Positions 19,031 through 28,812 of a stretch of 64,000 nt of DNA are shown in pieces. Positions within the stretch are counted from its first letter, which is position 1. Each line of letters starts with the position of its first letter. Made by a program: the position numbers and the translations under genes. The stretch covers positions 32,001 through 96,000 of the IMG/VR virus record IMGVR_UViG_3300035670_010691; one strand, given 5' to 3'. The notes below the pieces were generated by a model. That model was given only the letters and a program-made list of their open reading frames with translations, made no database searches and was not told the origin of the DNA. Origin of the DNA: a virus.

Positions 19031-19508
19031 TGAAAAAGTGGTAAAATCACTTGAAATAATAGACAATCAATTGAAAGATTTAACAGAAAAATCTGAAAAG
19101 GATAATGCTATATTTTTAAAAATTATTTTAATTGTGGAAACTTTGTTACAAAATTTAAATCATAAAAATTCACATATAGGTAAATATTTTAATAGATGGT
19201 ATGAAAAACAGCCATTAATAGATAATATTTCCGAAGAATTAAAAATGAAAGAAGTCAGAAAAAAAGATATTGAATATGAAATAGAAGAACTTCAATCAAG
19301 AATTGAAATTTTAAAATGGGAACCTGACAAAATTCAAAAAGAAATTGATGAAAAAAAATGGGAACCAATAAAATTGAAAGATTGGATTTCTGAAGCATCA
19401 TATCCAATAGATAAAAATAATATTGAAGGTTATATATTTGAAAAATTAAAAGAAGAACTTATTAACAATAAAAAACTAAACTACAACTATGGCAGAGAAG
19501 AAAACTGA
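18999..19508 (+). CDS. hypothetical helical protein, probable paralog of the downstream gene
   Basis: Coupled ORF; VKSLE.I...L.D and YFNRWY resemble the next ORF. Confidence 0.6.
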   Translation: MSMNLLELLHNEKVVKSLEIIDNQLKDLTEKSEKDNAIFLKIILIVETLLQNLNHKNSHIGKYFNRWYEKQPLIDNISEELKMKEVRKKDIEYEIEELQSRIEILKWEPDKIQKEIDEKKWEPIKLKDWISEASYPIDKNNIEGYIFEKLKEELINNKKLNYNYGREEN

Positions 19509-19734
19509 TAATTTGGAAGAACGTGGAGTCAAGGCACTTGAGTCCATTGCAAAATCGTTACAAGATATAAACGATTGGGTATATGATTTAGATGCAGATA
19601 TGTGGCAAGAAAGATTGGAATGGTATCTAAATGAGTTTTACCAAATAGCAAAAGCAAAAACAGTAGGTTCAACAAACAGACCACCTCGAGATGCCGAGAG
19701 AACATCGGAACAAACGGACTCAAACGAAGAGTAA
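19489..19734 (+). CDS. hypothetical small helical protein
   Basis: Coupled ORF with phage-like codon usage. Confidence 0.65.
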   Translation: MAEKKTDNLEERGVKALESIAKSLQDINDWVYDLDADMWQERLEWYLNEFYQIAKAKTVGSTNRPPRDAERTSEQTDSNEE

Positions 19735-21139
19735 TCATAAACTCGGTATAATTGTTCCATATAGAGACAGACCCCAACAATTAAAAAGGTTTGTCAGTCA
19801 CATGGAAGATTATTTAAAAGAGTATGATTATCAGATTTTTGTCATCGAACAAGGTGATGATAAATCGTTTAATCGTGGAAAACTACTAAACGTGGGTTAT
19901 GAAATTGCATCCAAAAATGGGTGTGATTATTTCGTATTCCATGATGTGGATATGTTACCAGAAGATGTAGATTATTCTTATTCTGATAAACCACTTCATC
20001 TTGCAACTCACTTGCAAGAACACGATTATGAAACCACTTATTTTGATTATTTTGGTGGGGTTACTCTTTTTAATAGGGAAGATTTTGAAGCAATAAATGG
20101 GTACTCAAATGAGTATTGGGGGTGGGGTTTTGAAGATGATGACCTTTTAGTCAGATGTTATCAAACAAATTTACCACTTGATTCTGAAATACAAGAAATG
20201 GGAAATGTAAATGAAATTGAGATATTTAACTTTTCAGGAGACAATTCATTTATTAGAGTAACATCAAATGAAAATTCAACCTTAATGGAAGGTGATTTTA
20301 CTATTTCAGCATTAGTAAAGCCAACTAATATACAAATAAATCCTAATTCAGATTATGATGAATATCCAATTGTATCTATTCCTGGATATAATACAGGTTT
20401 ATTTTACAATTCGTTTCGTAGATTTTTTTGTCAGGTATATGATCAAGATAAAAAACCTTATTCTATAACAACTGATATTCTTGGTGAAAGATGGTCTTTA
20501 TTGACAATGGTGTATGAAAATCAAACTTTATCTTTATATCTAAATGCTGAGTTAGTCAATAGTGTTGAATTGGATAGCCCAATAATGAAACTTGATACTC
20601 GTAAGGTCTATGTTGGTACTTCAAGTGAAAGTGAATTTAAAAAATCATTTTTTAATGGAGTAATATCGGGTATTGAAATATACGATATTGCACTTATAAA
20701 AAGTGAAATAAAGTCTATTTATAATAACCCACTTAAAGTTAAAATTAGGAACTTTGAAGATTTTAGGTCAAGTGAATTTTTATACTCGCAGATTTTACCA
20801 AATTTGTGTAATAATGAGTTTGGAGTTGATGTTTCGGGTTTAAATAAAATAGAATTAGAAAATGTAAATATACAAAAAATAAATCAATCATTTTCAACTT
20901 ATTTACCAAAGCCATATAGACGAAATAGTAGATTTAAATCTTTAAAACATAAATCAAATTCATCAGAAGGAAACAGGTGGATACATAAAGAAACAAGACA
21001 AAATCAAATTAAGTATTATAACGAAGTCAGAAGAAATTTTATAGATTTTCATATCGATGGTATTAATACTTTACACTATGATTTATTAGAACAAGAAAAT
21101 ATAACAGACAAAACAACCAAAGTTACAGTAAATTTATGA
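19691..21139 (+). CDS. GT7 glycosyltransferase with inserted LamG/ConA domain
   Basis: VPYRDR, FNRGKLLN, FHDVD, NGYSNEYWGWGFEDDD; LamG-like FNGVISGIEIYD.AL. Confidence 0.85.
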   Translation: MPREHRNKRTQTKSNHKLGIIVPYRDRPQQLKRFVSHMEDYLKEYDYQIFVIEQGDDKSFNRGKLLNVGYEIASKNGCDYFVFHDVDMLPEDVDYSYSDKPLHLATHLQEHDYETTYFDYFGGVTLFNREDFEAINGYSNEYWGWGFEDDDLLVRCYQTNLPLDSEIQEMGNVNEIEIFNFSGDNSFIRVTSNENSTLMEGDFTISALVKPTNIQINPNSDYDEYPIVSIPGYNTGLFYNSFRRFFCQVYDQDKKPYSITTDILGERWSLLTMVYENQTLSLYLNAELVNSVELDSPIMKLDTRKVYVGTSSESEFKKSFFNGVISGIEIYDIALIKSEIKSIYNNPLKVKIRNFEDFRSSEFLYSQILPNLCNNEFGVDVSGLNKIELENVNIQKINQSFSTYLPKPYRRNSRFKSLKHKSNSSEGNRWIHKETRQNQIKYYNEVRRNFIDFHIDGINTLHYDLLEQENITDKTTKVTVNL

Positions 21140-22575
21140 AATTAGGAGTTTGTGTTCCATACAGAAATAGAGAAGCCCACTTAAAGGAATTCGTACCAAC
21201 AGTTGGTAAGTATTTAGAAAGTCAAGGAATTGATTACCAAATATATTTTGGCCATCAAGTTGATGATAAGTTGTTTAATCGTGGTGCAATGAAAAATGTT
21301 GCAGCAGAATGGGCGTTTAAAGAAGGATGTGATTACATTGTATGGCACGACATAGATATGATACCCGAAGAAGGGTGTGATTATTCTTTTCCTGAAAAAT
21401 ACCCCGTTCATATTGCCACTAACATTTCACAAATGAATTACCAATTGAAGTATGAAGAGTACTTTGGTGGTGCGGTCTTATTCTCAAAAGAACAAGTTGA
21501 GAAAACCAACGGGTATTCAAATGACTATTGGGATTGGGGTATGGAAGATGATGACCTTTTTTGGAGGTGTGTGTTAGAGGGATATGTTGATCAAAAATAT
21601 ATGAATTTTACCGATTTACCAAAAGATTATTTATCATTTGACGGGAAGGGTTCATTTGTCAGAATACCATGTACTCGTTCTATTCGTAATTTAACTTCAA
21701 GGTCTCACACAGTTTCCGTACTCGTTCGTGCTCATCAACAAGAGGAAAAAGTACCAATTTGGTTAGTTGGTGATACAGAAAGAAGATTTTGTGAATATCC
21801 TATTTTAAGGAGACCTGGATATGATTATGGTTTGAGTTATAATAATTCCCGTACCTATACATCTCAATTGTGGAATAATCAAAAAGACCATATCTATTCT
21901 TGGATGAAACGATATGAAAACCAATGGTCTTGGGTAACACTTGTTGTTGATGATAACAAAGTTCATTTTTATATGAATGGTAAAGAAAGTGATGCTCGTT
22001 GGGGAACAGGAACTCATTCACCCCAAGAGTTTGAAGGAATGTTAAAACGATATGGCAATGTTGATTACTATTTAGGAACAACAACTTCCGTTGCTGATAA
22101 TGATGTTTCAAAATGGTTTAAAGGTGATATAGCAGATGTTAAATTATATGACAGAGCACTTACCAAATCAGAAGTAGAAGATTTAGCATTATCACCAACA
22201 TCAGATGGGTTAGTTCTTCATTACAATTTTCAAAATGGAGAGGCGTATGATTTATCAGGTAACGAAAATGATGGTGAAGTTTTTGACTGTGAACATCACA
22301 GAGAAACTATACAAGTTCCATATACAACTCTTCCTCACCGAAGACCTGGTAGGTTAAGATGTCTTCCACATAAAGACGAAGGTTTAGTAGAAGAGGGCGG
22401 TGTTAAAAAATGGGCAAAAGGAGAAACCACCGCTCGTAATGAAAGAAGGTTCGTTCATCAAATGCAACAAGGTGAGTGGGATTACAAATCCGATGGAATT
22501 GCTCAATTAAAATATGAATTAGTGGATACCACTATAATTAATGATAGAGTAAAATTAATAAATGTAAAATTATGA
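21136..22575 (+). CDS. GT7 glycosyltransferase with inserted LamG/ConA domain
   Basis: VPYRNR, FNRGAMKN, WHDID, WDWGMEDDD; FKGDIADVKLYDRALT...DLSGNENDG. Confidence 0.85.
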   Translation: MKLGVCVPYRNREAHLKEFVPTVGKYLESQGIDYQIYFGHQVDDKLFNRGAMKNVAAEWAFKEGCDYIVWHDIDMIPEEGCDYSFPEKYPVHIATNISQMNYQLKYEEYFGGAVLFSKEQVEKTNGYSNDYWDWGMEDDDLFWRCVLEGYVDQKYMNFTDLPKDYLSFDGKGSFVRIPCTRSIRNLTSRSHTVSVLVRAHQQEEKVPIWLVGDTERRFCEYPILRRPGYDYGLSYNNSRTYTSQLWNNQKDHIYSWMKRYENQWSWVTLVVDDNKVHFYMNGKESDARWGTGTHSPQEFEGMLKRYGNVDYYLGTTTSVADNDVSKWFKGDIADVKLYDRALTKSEVEDLALSPTSDGLVLHYNFQNGEAYDLSGNENDGEVFDCEHHRETIQVPYTTLPHRRPGRLRCLPHKDEGLVEEGGVKKWAKGETTARNERRFVHQMQQGEWDYKSDGIAQLKYELVDTTIINDRVKLINVKL

Positions 22576-23993
22576 GTGAAGTAATTGGAAATAATTTCCA
22601 TAAAACAAAACAACAATTAGACTCAGTAGGATGTGGATTTTGTCTTGCAAAATGGACACAAGTTACGATGCATCTTCATAATGGAACTACCCATTCATGT
22701 CACCATCCTGCACCACATAAAATTGGACTTAAAGAAATTGAAAAAAATCACACAGCATTACATAATTCTAAACATAAGAAAAAAGTTAGAAAAGAAATGT
22801 TGGAGGGTGGTAGACCAGAAGAATGTAATTATTGTTGGAGAGTAGAAGATAGCTCAGAAGCTTATTCAGACCGAGTATTTAAATCAGAAGAACAATGGTC
22901 TAAACCTCACTTTGAAGAAATTAAAAATATTGATTGGAAAGAAGATTATTTACCAAAATATGTTGAGGTAAGTTTTGCAAACACTTGTAATTTTAAGTGT
23001 GCGTATTGTGGACCTGAATATTCATCAACTTGGGTAGAAGAAGTTAGAAATCATGGTGGATATCCAACGTCTCAAAATTTTAATTCATTAGACCCAATTG
23101 TAGAAAGAAATACACTTTCTATACCACAACGAGAACATAATCCATATATTGAGGCATTTTGGAAATGGTGGCCTCAGTTATACAAAAATATGGATACTTT
23201 TAGAATTACAGGTGGTGAGCCATTATTGTCAAAAGATACTTGGAAAGTATTAGATAATATTATTGAAACTGATGAACCAAATAAAAACTTAAAGTTTTCC
23301 ATTAATTCAAATTTAGGTGTGGATGATAAGTTGATTGAAAAACTTATTGAAAAACTTAAAATTATTGAAACCGAAGGTAGAGTAAAAGAAATGATTATTT
23401 ACACATCGGTTGATGCATATGGACAACAAGCTGACTATGTTAGATATGGTTTGGATTTTGAAAAACTTTTTAAAAATATTGATAGAATTTTATCGGAACT
23501 TCAAAAAGTAACAGTTGTTGTTATGTCAACATTTAATATTTTTAGTATTTTTTCTTATGAGAAATTGTTAAAAAAGGTATATGAATTTAAACTAAAACAT
23601 TTTAATACAGAGAGATATTGGAATTCTGCTTTAATTATAGATACTTCTTATTTAAGACATCCAGAATTTTTAAGTTTTAGATTATTAAAAGACTATTTAG
23701 ACGAAGAATACTTTGAAAGATGTATAAAATTCATGAAATTTCATTCTACTTATAGGTCTTTAAATTCGTTTCAACCTAAGCATATTTCAGATGTTGGATT
23801 TACTTTAAAAGAAATAGAAAAAGTATCAAGAATTAGAGATATTTTTGTTAAAGATAGTTTAATAGATGATACAAATTTTGATTTACAAAAGAAAGATTTT
23901 TTAAAATTTATAGAAGAGTATGAAGTAAGAAGACACTTAAAATGTCAAGATTATTTCCCTGAATTAACTAATTTCATAAATAATATAAAATGA
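22572..23993 (+). CDS. radical SAM protein with N-terminal twitch/SPASM-like domain
   Basis: CLAKW...SCHH...ECNYCW; CNFKCAYC; ITGGEP. Confidence 0.85.
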   Translation: MSEVIGNNFHKTKQQLDSVGCGFCLAKWTQVTMHLHNGTTHSCHHPAPHKIGLKEIEKNHTALHNSKHKKKVRKEMLEGGRPEECNYCWRVEDSSEAYSDRVFKSEEQWSKPHFEEIKNIDWKEDYLPKYVEVSFANTCNFKCAYCGPEYSSTWVEEVRNHGGYPTSQNFNSLDPIVERNTLSIPQREHNPYIEAFWKWWPQLYKNMDTFRITGGEPLLSKDTWKVLDNIIETDEPNKNLKFSINSNLGVDDKLIEKLIEKLKIIETEGRVKEMIIYTSVDAYGQQADYVRYGLDFEKLFKNIDRILSELQKVTVVVMSTFNIFSIFSYEKLLKKVYEFKLKHFNTERYWNSALIIDTSYLRHPEFLSFRLLKDYLDEEYFERCIKFMKFHSTYRSLNSFQPKHISDVGFTLKEIEKVSRIRDIFVKDSLIDDTNFDLQKKDFLKFIEEYEVRRHLKCQDYFPELTNFINNIK

Positions 23994-24736
23994 ATATATT
24001 ATATAAACAACCGTATTGGATAAAATATAAATGGGATTTGTCATATCACGATGATAATCAATATGTTACTCCATTCAATAAAGAACAAAACTTGGAATTA
24101 AATAATTGTTTTCATCAAAAAAAATGGACATTGAATGTATTTTTTAAATTAATACCAAATTCATTTACTGATAAAATATTTTGTATCATAGGAAAGCCGG
24201 GCAAAAATATGGGAATCACATTTAATACTGAAAGTGAATCTCTTGCTTTTGAATTTTGGACGAAGGTTCCAAAAAAAGATGACCAATTTAATTGGGTTGG
24301 ATTTTATGGAATTACTAAAAGTGATTTAGAAAATTTGGATTTAGTCCTTTCAGTTGTTAGAGAAAATAATAAAATATTACTTTATAAAAATTATGATTTA
24401 ATAAACGAACAGGAATTTGAAGGTGAATTAATAGACGATTATAAGGAAGAAGGTATTATAATCGGGGCAGGTAATCCTGGTACATTTGTTGAAGAACACA
24501 GATATTTTGGTCAATTTGATATTAAGCACTTATCGTTTATTAAAAACAAAACAGATATTAATTTTGCACTTGAGACATTTACAACACCAGTTGAAAAACT
24601 GTTGAACAAATCTCATTATAACGATATTCTTTTCTTATTTGATTTTAAACATAAAAATAATTTTAACATCATTTTAGATGAATCAAAAAACAATAACTTT
24701 ATGGAAAAACTTCCACTTGAATTTTTAACTAATTAA
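23990..24736 (+). CDS. stand-alone LamG/ConA-like protein
   Basis: Beta-rich; C-terminal LFDF...ILDESKNNN matches the ends of the LamG inserts. Confidence 0.5.
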   Translation: MNILYKQPYWIKYKWDLSYHDDNQYVTPFNKEQNLELNNCFHQKKWTLNVFFKLIPNSFTDKIFCIIGKPGKNMGITFNTESESLAFEFWTKVPKKDDQFNWVGFYGITKSDLENLDLVLSVVRENNKILLYKNYDLINEQEFEGELIDDYKEEGIIIGAGNPGTFVEEHRYFGQFDIKHLSFIKNKTDINFALETFTTPVEKLLNKSHYNDILFLFDFKHKNNFNIILDESKNNNFMEKLPLEFLTN

Positions 24737-24738
24737 TT

Positions 24739-26187
24739 ATGTCAGATACAAACGAATTACGAGATTGGCGAAACAAAAATCTTAACTCTATATCACCAAG
24801 CTTTTGTGCAGCTAAATGGTATAATGCTTCTTTACATTTGGGTCATGGATTTACCAACTCCTGTCACTTACCACTTCCCCATCCTGTTGATTTAGAGGAA
24901 ATTAAAACTAATCCGGGAGCACTTCATAATACGAAGTTAAAGAAAGAAGCACGTAAAATGATGTTGGATGGTAGAAGACCAGCTGAATGTTCTTATTGTT
25001 GGAAAGTGGAGGATATTGGTAGAGATCACATTGCAGATCGTGTTTATAAGTCACGTATTTACAAAGAAGAAGATATTTCTAAATTAAGAGATTTACCTTG
25101 GGATGTGGATGTGTTATTAAAAACAGTAGAGGTTTCATTCGATAGAACTTGTAATTTTGCTTGCTCATATTGCAATTCAGGTTATTCCACGACATGGGGT
25201 AAAGAAATCAAAAAATTTGGACCTTATCAAAAGTTTAAAACAGTATCCGCGGGCGCTTATTACGCTGACGGAAGTTGGGCTGATAAATTTGGAAAACAAA
25301 ATGATGATAATCCATATGTTCAAGCATTTATTAGATGGTGGCCAGATCTTGTAAAAGAATTAGAAGAAATTAGAATCACAGGTGGAGAACCAACCATGTC
25401 TCATAATTTTTGGAGTTTCTTGGATGTCGTTAAGAGATATCCATCCAACAAATTAAGACTTGCTGTTAATTCTAATTTAGGTGGTACTTTTGATAGAATA
25501 CAAAGACTAATTGACGCTACTCACGAATTACCAATTAAAGAATTTGATTTATATACGTCTAACGAATCTTTTGGTAAGCATGCCGAATATATTAGAGATG
25601 GTTTAATTTATCCCGAGTGGAGATCAAATATGGTTAAGTTTATTGAAAGAGCAGAATTTAGGTCACTAACCGTGATGATGACGATAAATTCTCTTTGTCT
25701 TTTCAGTATTACCGAATTTTTGGACGATATGATTACTCTAAAAGAAAAATATGGTCCAAACAGACCAAATGTCGATTTTAACATTTTAAGATGGCCAGCA
25801 TTCATGTCTCCACTCGTATTACCAAATTCTGTAAAAAATGACTTACACCGTAAGTTTAAAACTTGGTATGACGAAAGAAGAAAAAATGAATGGTTTGATG
25901 AATTGTTTTCAGTAGGTGAAAAGGCACAGATTGAAAGATTAATTGACTATATTGAAGTAGTTGAAACAGGTCACGTAACAACAGAAAGAGAAAATGAATT
26001 ACATTTTCATGACTTTAAATCATTTTATTCTCAATATGATGAAAGACGTGGTAAGAGTTTTGTTGAAACTTTTCCTGAATTAAAAGATTGGTATGAATCA
26101 ATTGAAGTTGATAAAACCATACCTGATGTTGAATTGAGAAGTGGTGAAATTACTCACTTTGAAGACGGTGAATATAATCCAAATTAA
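24739..26187 (+). CDS. radical SAM protein with N-terminal twitch/SPASM-like domain
   Basis: CAAKW...SCH...ECSYCW; CNFACSYC; ITGGEP; paralog of 22572..23993. Confidence 0.85.
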   Translation: MSDTNELRDWRNKNLNSISPSFCAAKWYNASLHLGHGFTNSCHLPLPHPVDLEEIKTNPGALHNTKLKKEARKMMLDGRRPAECSYCWKVEDIGRDHIADRVYKSRIYKEEDISKLRDLPWDVDVLLKTVEVSFDRTCNFACSYCNSGYSTTWGKEIKKFGPYQKFKTVSAGAYYADGSWADKFGKQNDDNPYVQAFIRWWPDLVKELEEIRITGGEPTMSHNFWSFLDVVKRYPSNKLRLAVNSNLGGTFDRIQRLIDATHELPIKEFDLYTSNESFGKHAEYIRDGLIYPEWRSNMVKFIERAEFRSLTVMMTINSLCLFSITEFLDDMITLKEKYGPNRPNVDFNILRWPAFMSPLVLPNSVKNDLHRKFKTWYDERRKNEWFDELFSVGEKAQIERLIDYIEVVETGHVTTERENELHFHDFKSFYSQYDERRGKSFVETFPELKDWYESIEVDKTIPDVELRSGEITHFEDGEYNPN

Positions 26188-26190
26188 ATC

Positions 26191-27333
26191 ATGTATGGGT
26201 TAGATTATACATTAAGATGGCAAGAACCATTTGGTGGTTGGGGAAATCATAGTGACTTTTATAAAAGCAAATACCAAAAAATTTTAGATAATAACGATAC
26301 TGGGTTATGTAATAGAATTTTTCATTGGGAAATTGCATACGATTTAAATAAAAGACATGATTTCAAATACACAATTCTTTTACCATATCGGTTTTGGCCA
26401 GAAATAGAATTGATAAACTTACCTTATACAAAACCTGTTTTTTACGGAGAATACGAATTTGGTAGCAATTATATCGTTGAATATGAAAGTCTTAATTTTA
26501 AAACCGTCTTTGATATAGAAAGCGATGATGTATATAAAGCAACTCAAATTGATAGAGATTATATACAACAACTTTATTTAGATGAAACTAAAAAATTGAA
26601 AGATAATCACTATTATTCTGATTTTAGTTATTATAGTTTACGTGAATTGGTTGAACTAAAAAATCCACAATTTTTATACCATTTACCCGATGTTTCACTA
26701 AAATACAGACCCCTTTCGTCTATAAAATTAAAACATAAATTTATGGATGATGTTATAACAAATTTTACAAAAAACGCCATAGGATTTCATATTAGAAGAA
26801 ATAATGGAGTTAGTTTTAATGAAGATTCAATTTACAAAAACAATCCACAGTTAAAAAAAGAATTTTTGTCTATTAGAAAAACATCTCATATTCAAAATCC
26901 ATTATACCAATTCGTTGATGATGAAAAATATTTTAAAATAATTGATAAAATTTTAAAAATACTTCCTGATCATGATATTTTTATAAGCATGGATTTACCA
27001 AAACAATTTTTGGAACCTTATTATAAAAATTTTGGAAATATGATATTTTCAAGTCATGATATATTACCAGAAATAAAAAATTATTTATTAGAATCAAAAA
27101 TAAATGTTGAAAGATTAGAAAATTATGCAAATGCTATTTTAAATGTAACTGATTTATTTTGTTTATCTAATTGTAATTATTTAGTGTGTAGTTATCCATC
27201 AACTTATAGTGAATTTGCATATGAATATAAAAATACACCATATTCGAGTATAAAGTTGGAAGTAGATGATATTGTATCAGATTTTCTAAAACACAAAAAT
27301 GTTAAATTTAACAAAAATAAAAAATTATTTTAA
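26191..27333 (+). CDS. O-fucosyltransferase/GT11/GT23-like glycosyltransferase
   Basis: GLCNRIF, GFHIRR, DLFCLS...STYSE. Confidence 0.6.
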   Translation: MYGLDYTLRWQEPFGGWGNHSDFYKSKYQKILDNNDTGLCNRIFHWEIAYDLNKRHDFKYTILLPYRFWPEIELINLPYTKPVFYGEYEFGSNYIVEYESLNFKTVFDIESDDVYKATQIDRDYIQQLYLDETKKLKDNHYYSDFSYYSLRELVELKNPQFLYHLPDVSLKYRPLSSIKLKHKFMDDVITNFTKNAIGFHIRRNNGVSFNEDSIYKNNPQLKKEFLSIRKTSHIQNPLYQFVDDEKYFKIIDKILKILPDHDIFISMDLPKQFLEPYYKNFGNMIFSSHDILPEIKNYLLESKINVERLENYANAILNVTDLFCLSNCNYLVCSYPSTYSEFAYEYKNTPYSSIKLEVDDIVSDFLKHKNVKFNKNKKLF

Positions 27334-28004
27334 TGTTTCAAGAATGGCCAATTGGTAGACCACCAAAAGAATTACAAAGACCTGAATTATCACAATTAGA
27401 TTTTGAATGGTCTAACCCGCAAGAAGTTATAGATTACTTTGAGAAAAAAGTGGCAAAGTTTGCAGGTTCAAAGTACGGAGTTGCGGTTGACTGTTGTACC
27501 AATGCTATTTTTCTCACTCTTAAGTACTTAAACCAACCACAAGAAATTACAATACCCACCCACACTTACATTTCCGTTCCAAACTATATTAAATTAGCGG
27601 GTTACGATGTAAAGTTTGAAGAAAGAGAATGGAGTGGAGTGTATCAACTCAACCCTCTTGATGTATGGGACGGTGCTGGTAGATGGATTGAAGGTATGTT
27701 TCAAGGTGAGTTTATGTGTTTGTCCTTTCAGTTTAAAAAAAGATTACCAATTGGTAGAGGTGGTATGATACTTACCGACAACGAAGATGCGTATAAGTGG
27801 TTGAAGAAAGCACGGTATGATGGTAGAGACCTCACCAAATCACAAGACGAAGATGATATTGATATGGTGGGATATCATATGTATATGACTCCCGAAGACG
27901 CCGCTCGTGGTATTTTACTTATGGATAAAATTTCGAGTGTTAATAATGACACTCATTCAAATAACTCATACAAAAATATTTTAGAAAATAATGTTAAGTT
28001 TTGA
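27333..28004 (+). CDS. short DegT/DnrJ/EryC1/StrS family PLP-dependent aminotransferase
   Basis: FE..VAKFAG..YGVAVDCCTNA, SFQFKKRLPIGRGGMILTD; only 223 aa. Confidence 0.8.
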   Translation: MFQEWPIGRPPKELQRPELSQLDFEWSNPQEVIDYFEKKVAKFAGSKYGVAVDCCTNAIFLTLKYLNQPQEITIPTHTYISVPNYIKLAGYDVKFEEREWSGVYQLNPLDVWDGAGRWIEGMFQGEFMCLSFQFKKRLPIGRGGMILTDNEDAYKWLKKARYDGRDLTKSQDEDDIDMVGYHMYMTPEDAARGILLMDKISSVNNDTHSNNSYKNILENNVKF

Positions 28005-28812
28005 TAAAAATACAAAATTATTTATAGACAAAAGATATAAAGATAGACATATAAATTTTTATCAAACTGATTTAGAAGATACCTATTTTCAAAATAAAAA
28101 TAAAATGGGGGAATCTTGGTACTATTTTGATAATCCAATAGATTATAAATTTAACAAATTAGGTTTTAGATTTAAAGAAATAGAAGAAGTGGATGATAAT
28201 TTTCTACTATCATTTGGATGTTCTTACACAGAAGGAGTCGGATTGCATTATGAAGATTTGTGGGTTACAAAACTTGCAAATAGTTTAAATTTAGATTTTA
28301 TGAATTTTGCAAAATCAAGTTCTTCTGTTGATAACATTATTTGGCAAACAATATTTATTTCAAATTATTTAAAAAAAAATAATAAAATTCCTAAATTTGT
28401 TATTTATCAAATACCTTTTTACACTAGAACACAGTTTGTTGATATTTGGGGTGACGAAATTGATATTGTTTCCCAAAACTTGGAGATGAATTATAAAAAT
28501 TTAAGTTTTATTGATGAATATTATAAATATTTTTTTATAGAAACTCAAATTCAACCAAAAATTAATATACTTTTTTTAACTAATATGGCAAGTATTATTT
28601 GGGAATCGATGGGTTCGAAAGTTATATATTTTTCATTGGAACCTGATTCTGAATCAAAAGAAATTAACTCATTTTTAAATAATGAAGTAATTAATATATA
28701 TGATTACACAGTACATGAAAAAAATAAATTAGCAAGAGACTTATCCCATAATGGGAGATTTGGTCATGATATAATTGTAGAAGAATTACAAAAAATAATT
28801 AAAAATGGTTAA
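27991..28812 (+). CDS. SGNH/GDSL-like hydrolase or acyltransferase
   Basis: FGCSYTEG block I, RDLSHNG..GH block V. Confidence 0.6.
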   Translation: MLSFDKNTKLFIDKRYKDRHINFYQTDLEDTYFQNKNKMGESWYYFDNPIDYKFNKLGFRFKEIEEVDDNFLLSFGCSYTEGVGLHYEDLWVTKLANSLNLDFMNFAKSSSSVDNIIWQTIFISNYLKKNNKIPKFVIYQIPFYTRTQFVDIWGDEIDIVSQNLEMNYKNLSFIDEYYKYFFIETQIQPKINILFLTNMASIIWESMGSKVIYFSLEPDSESKEINSFLNNEVINIYDYTVHEKNKLARDLSHNGRFGHDIIVEELQKIIKNG

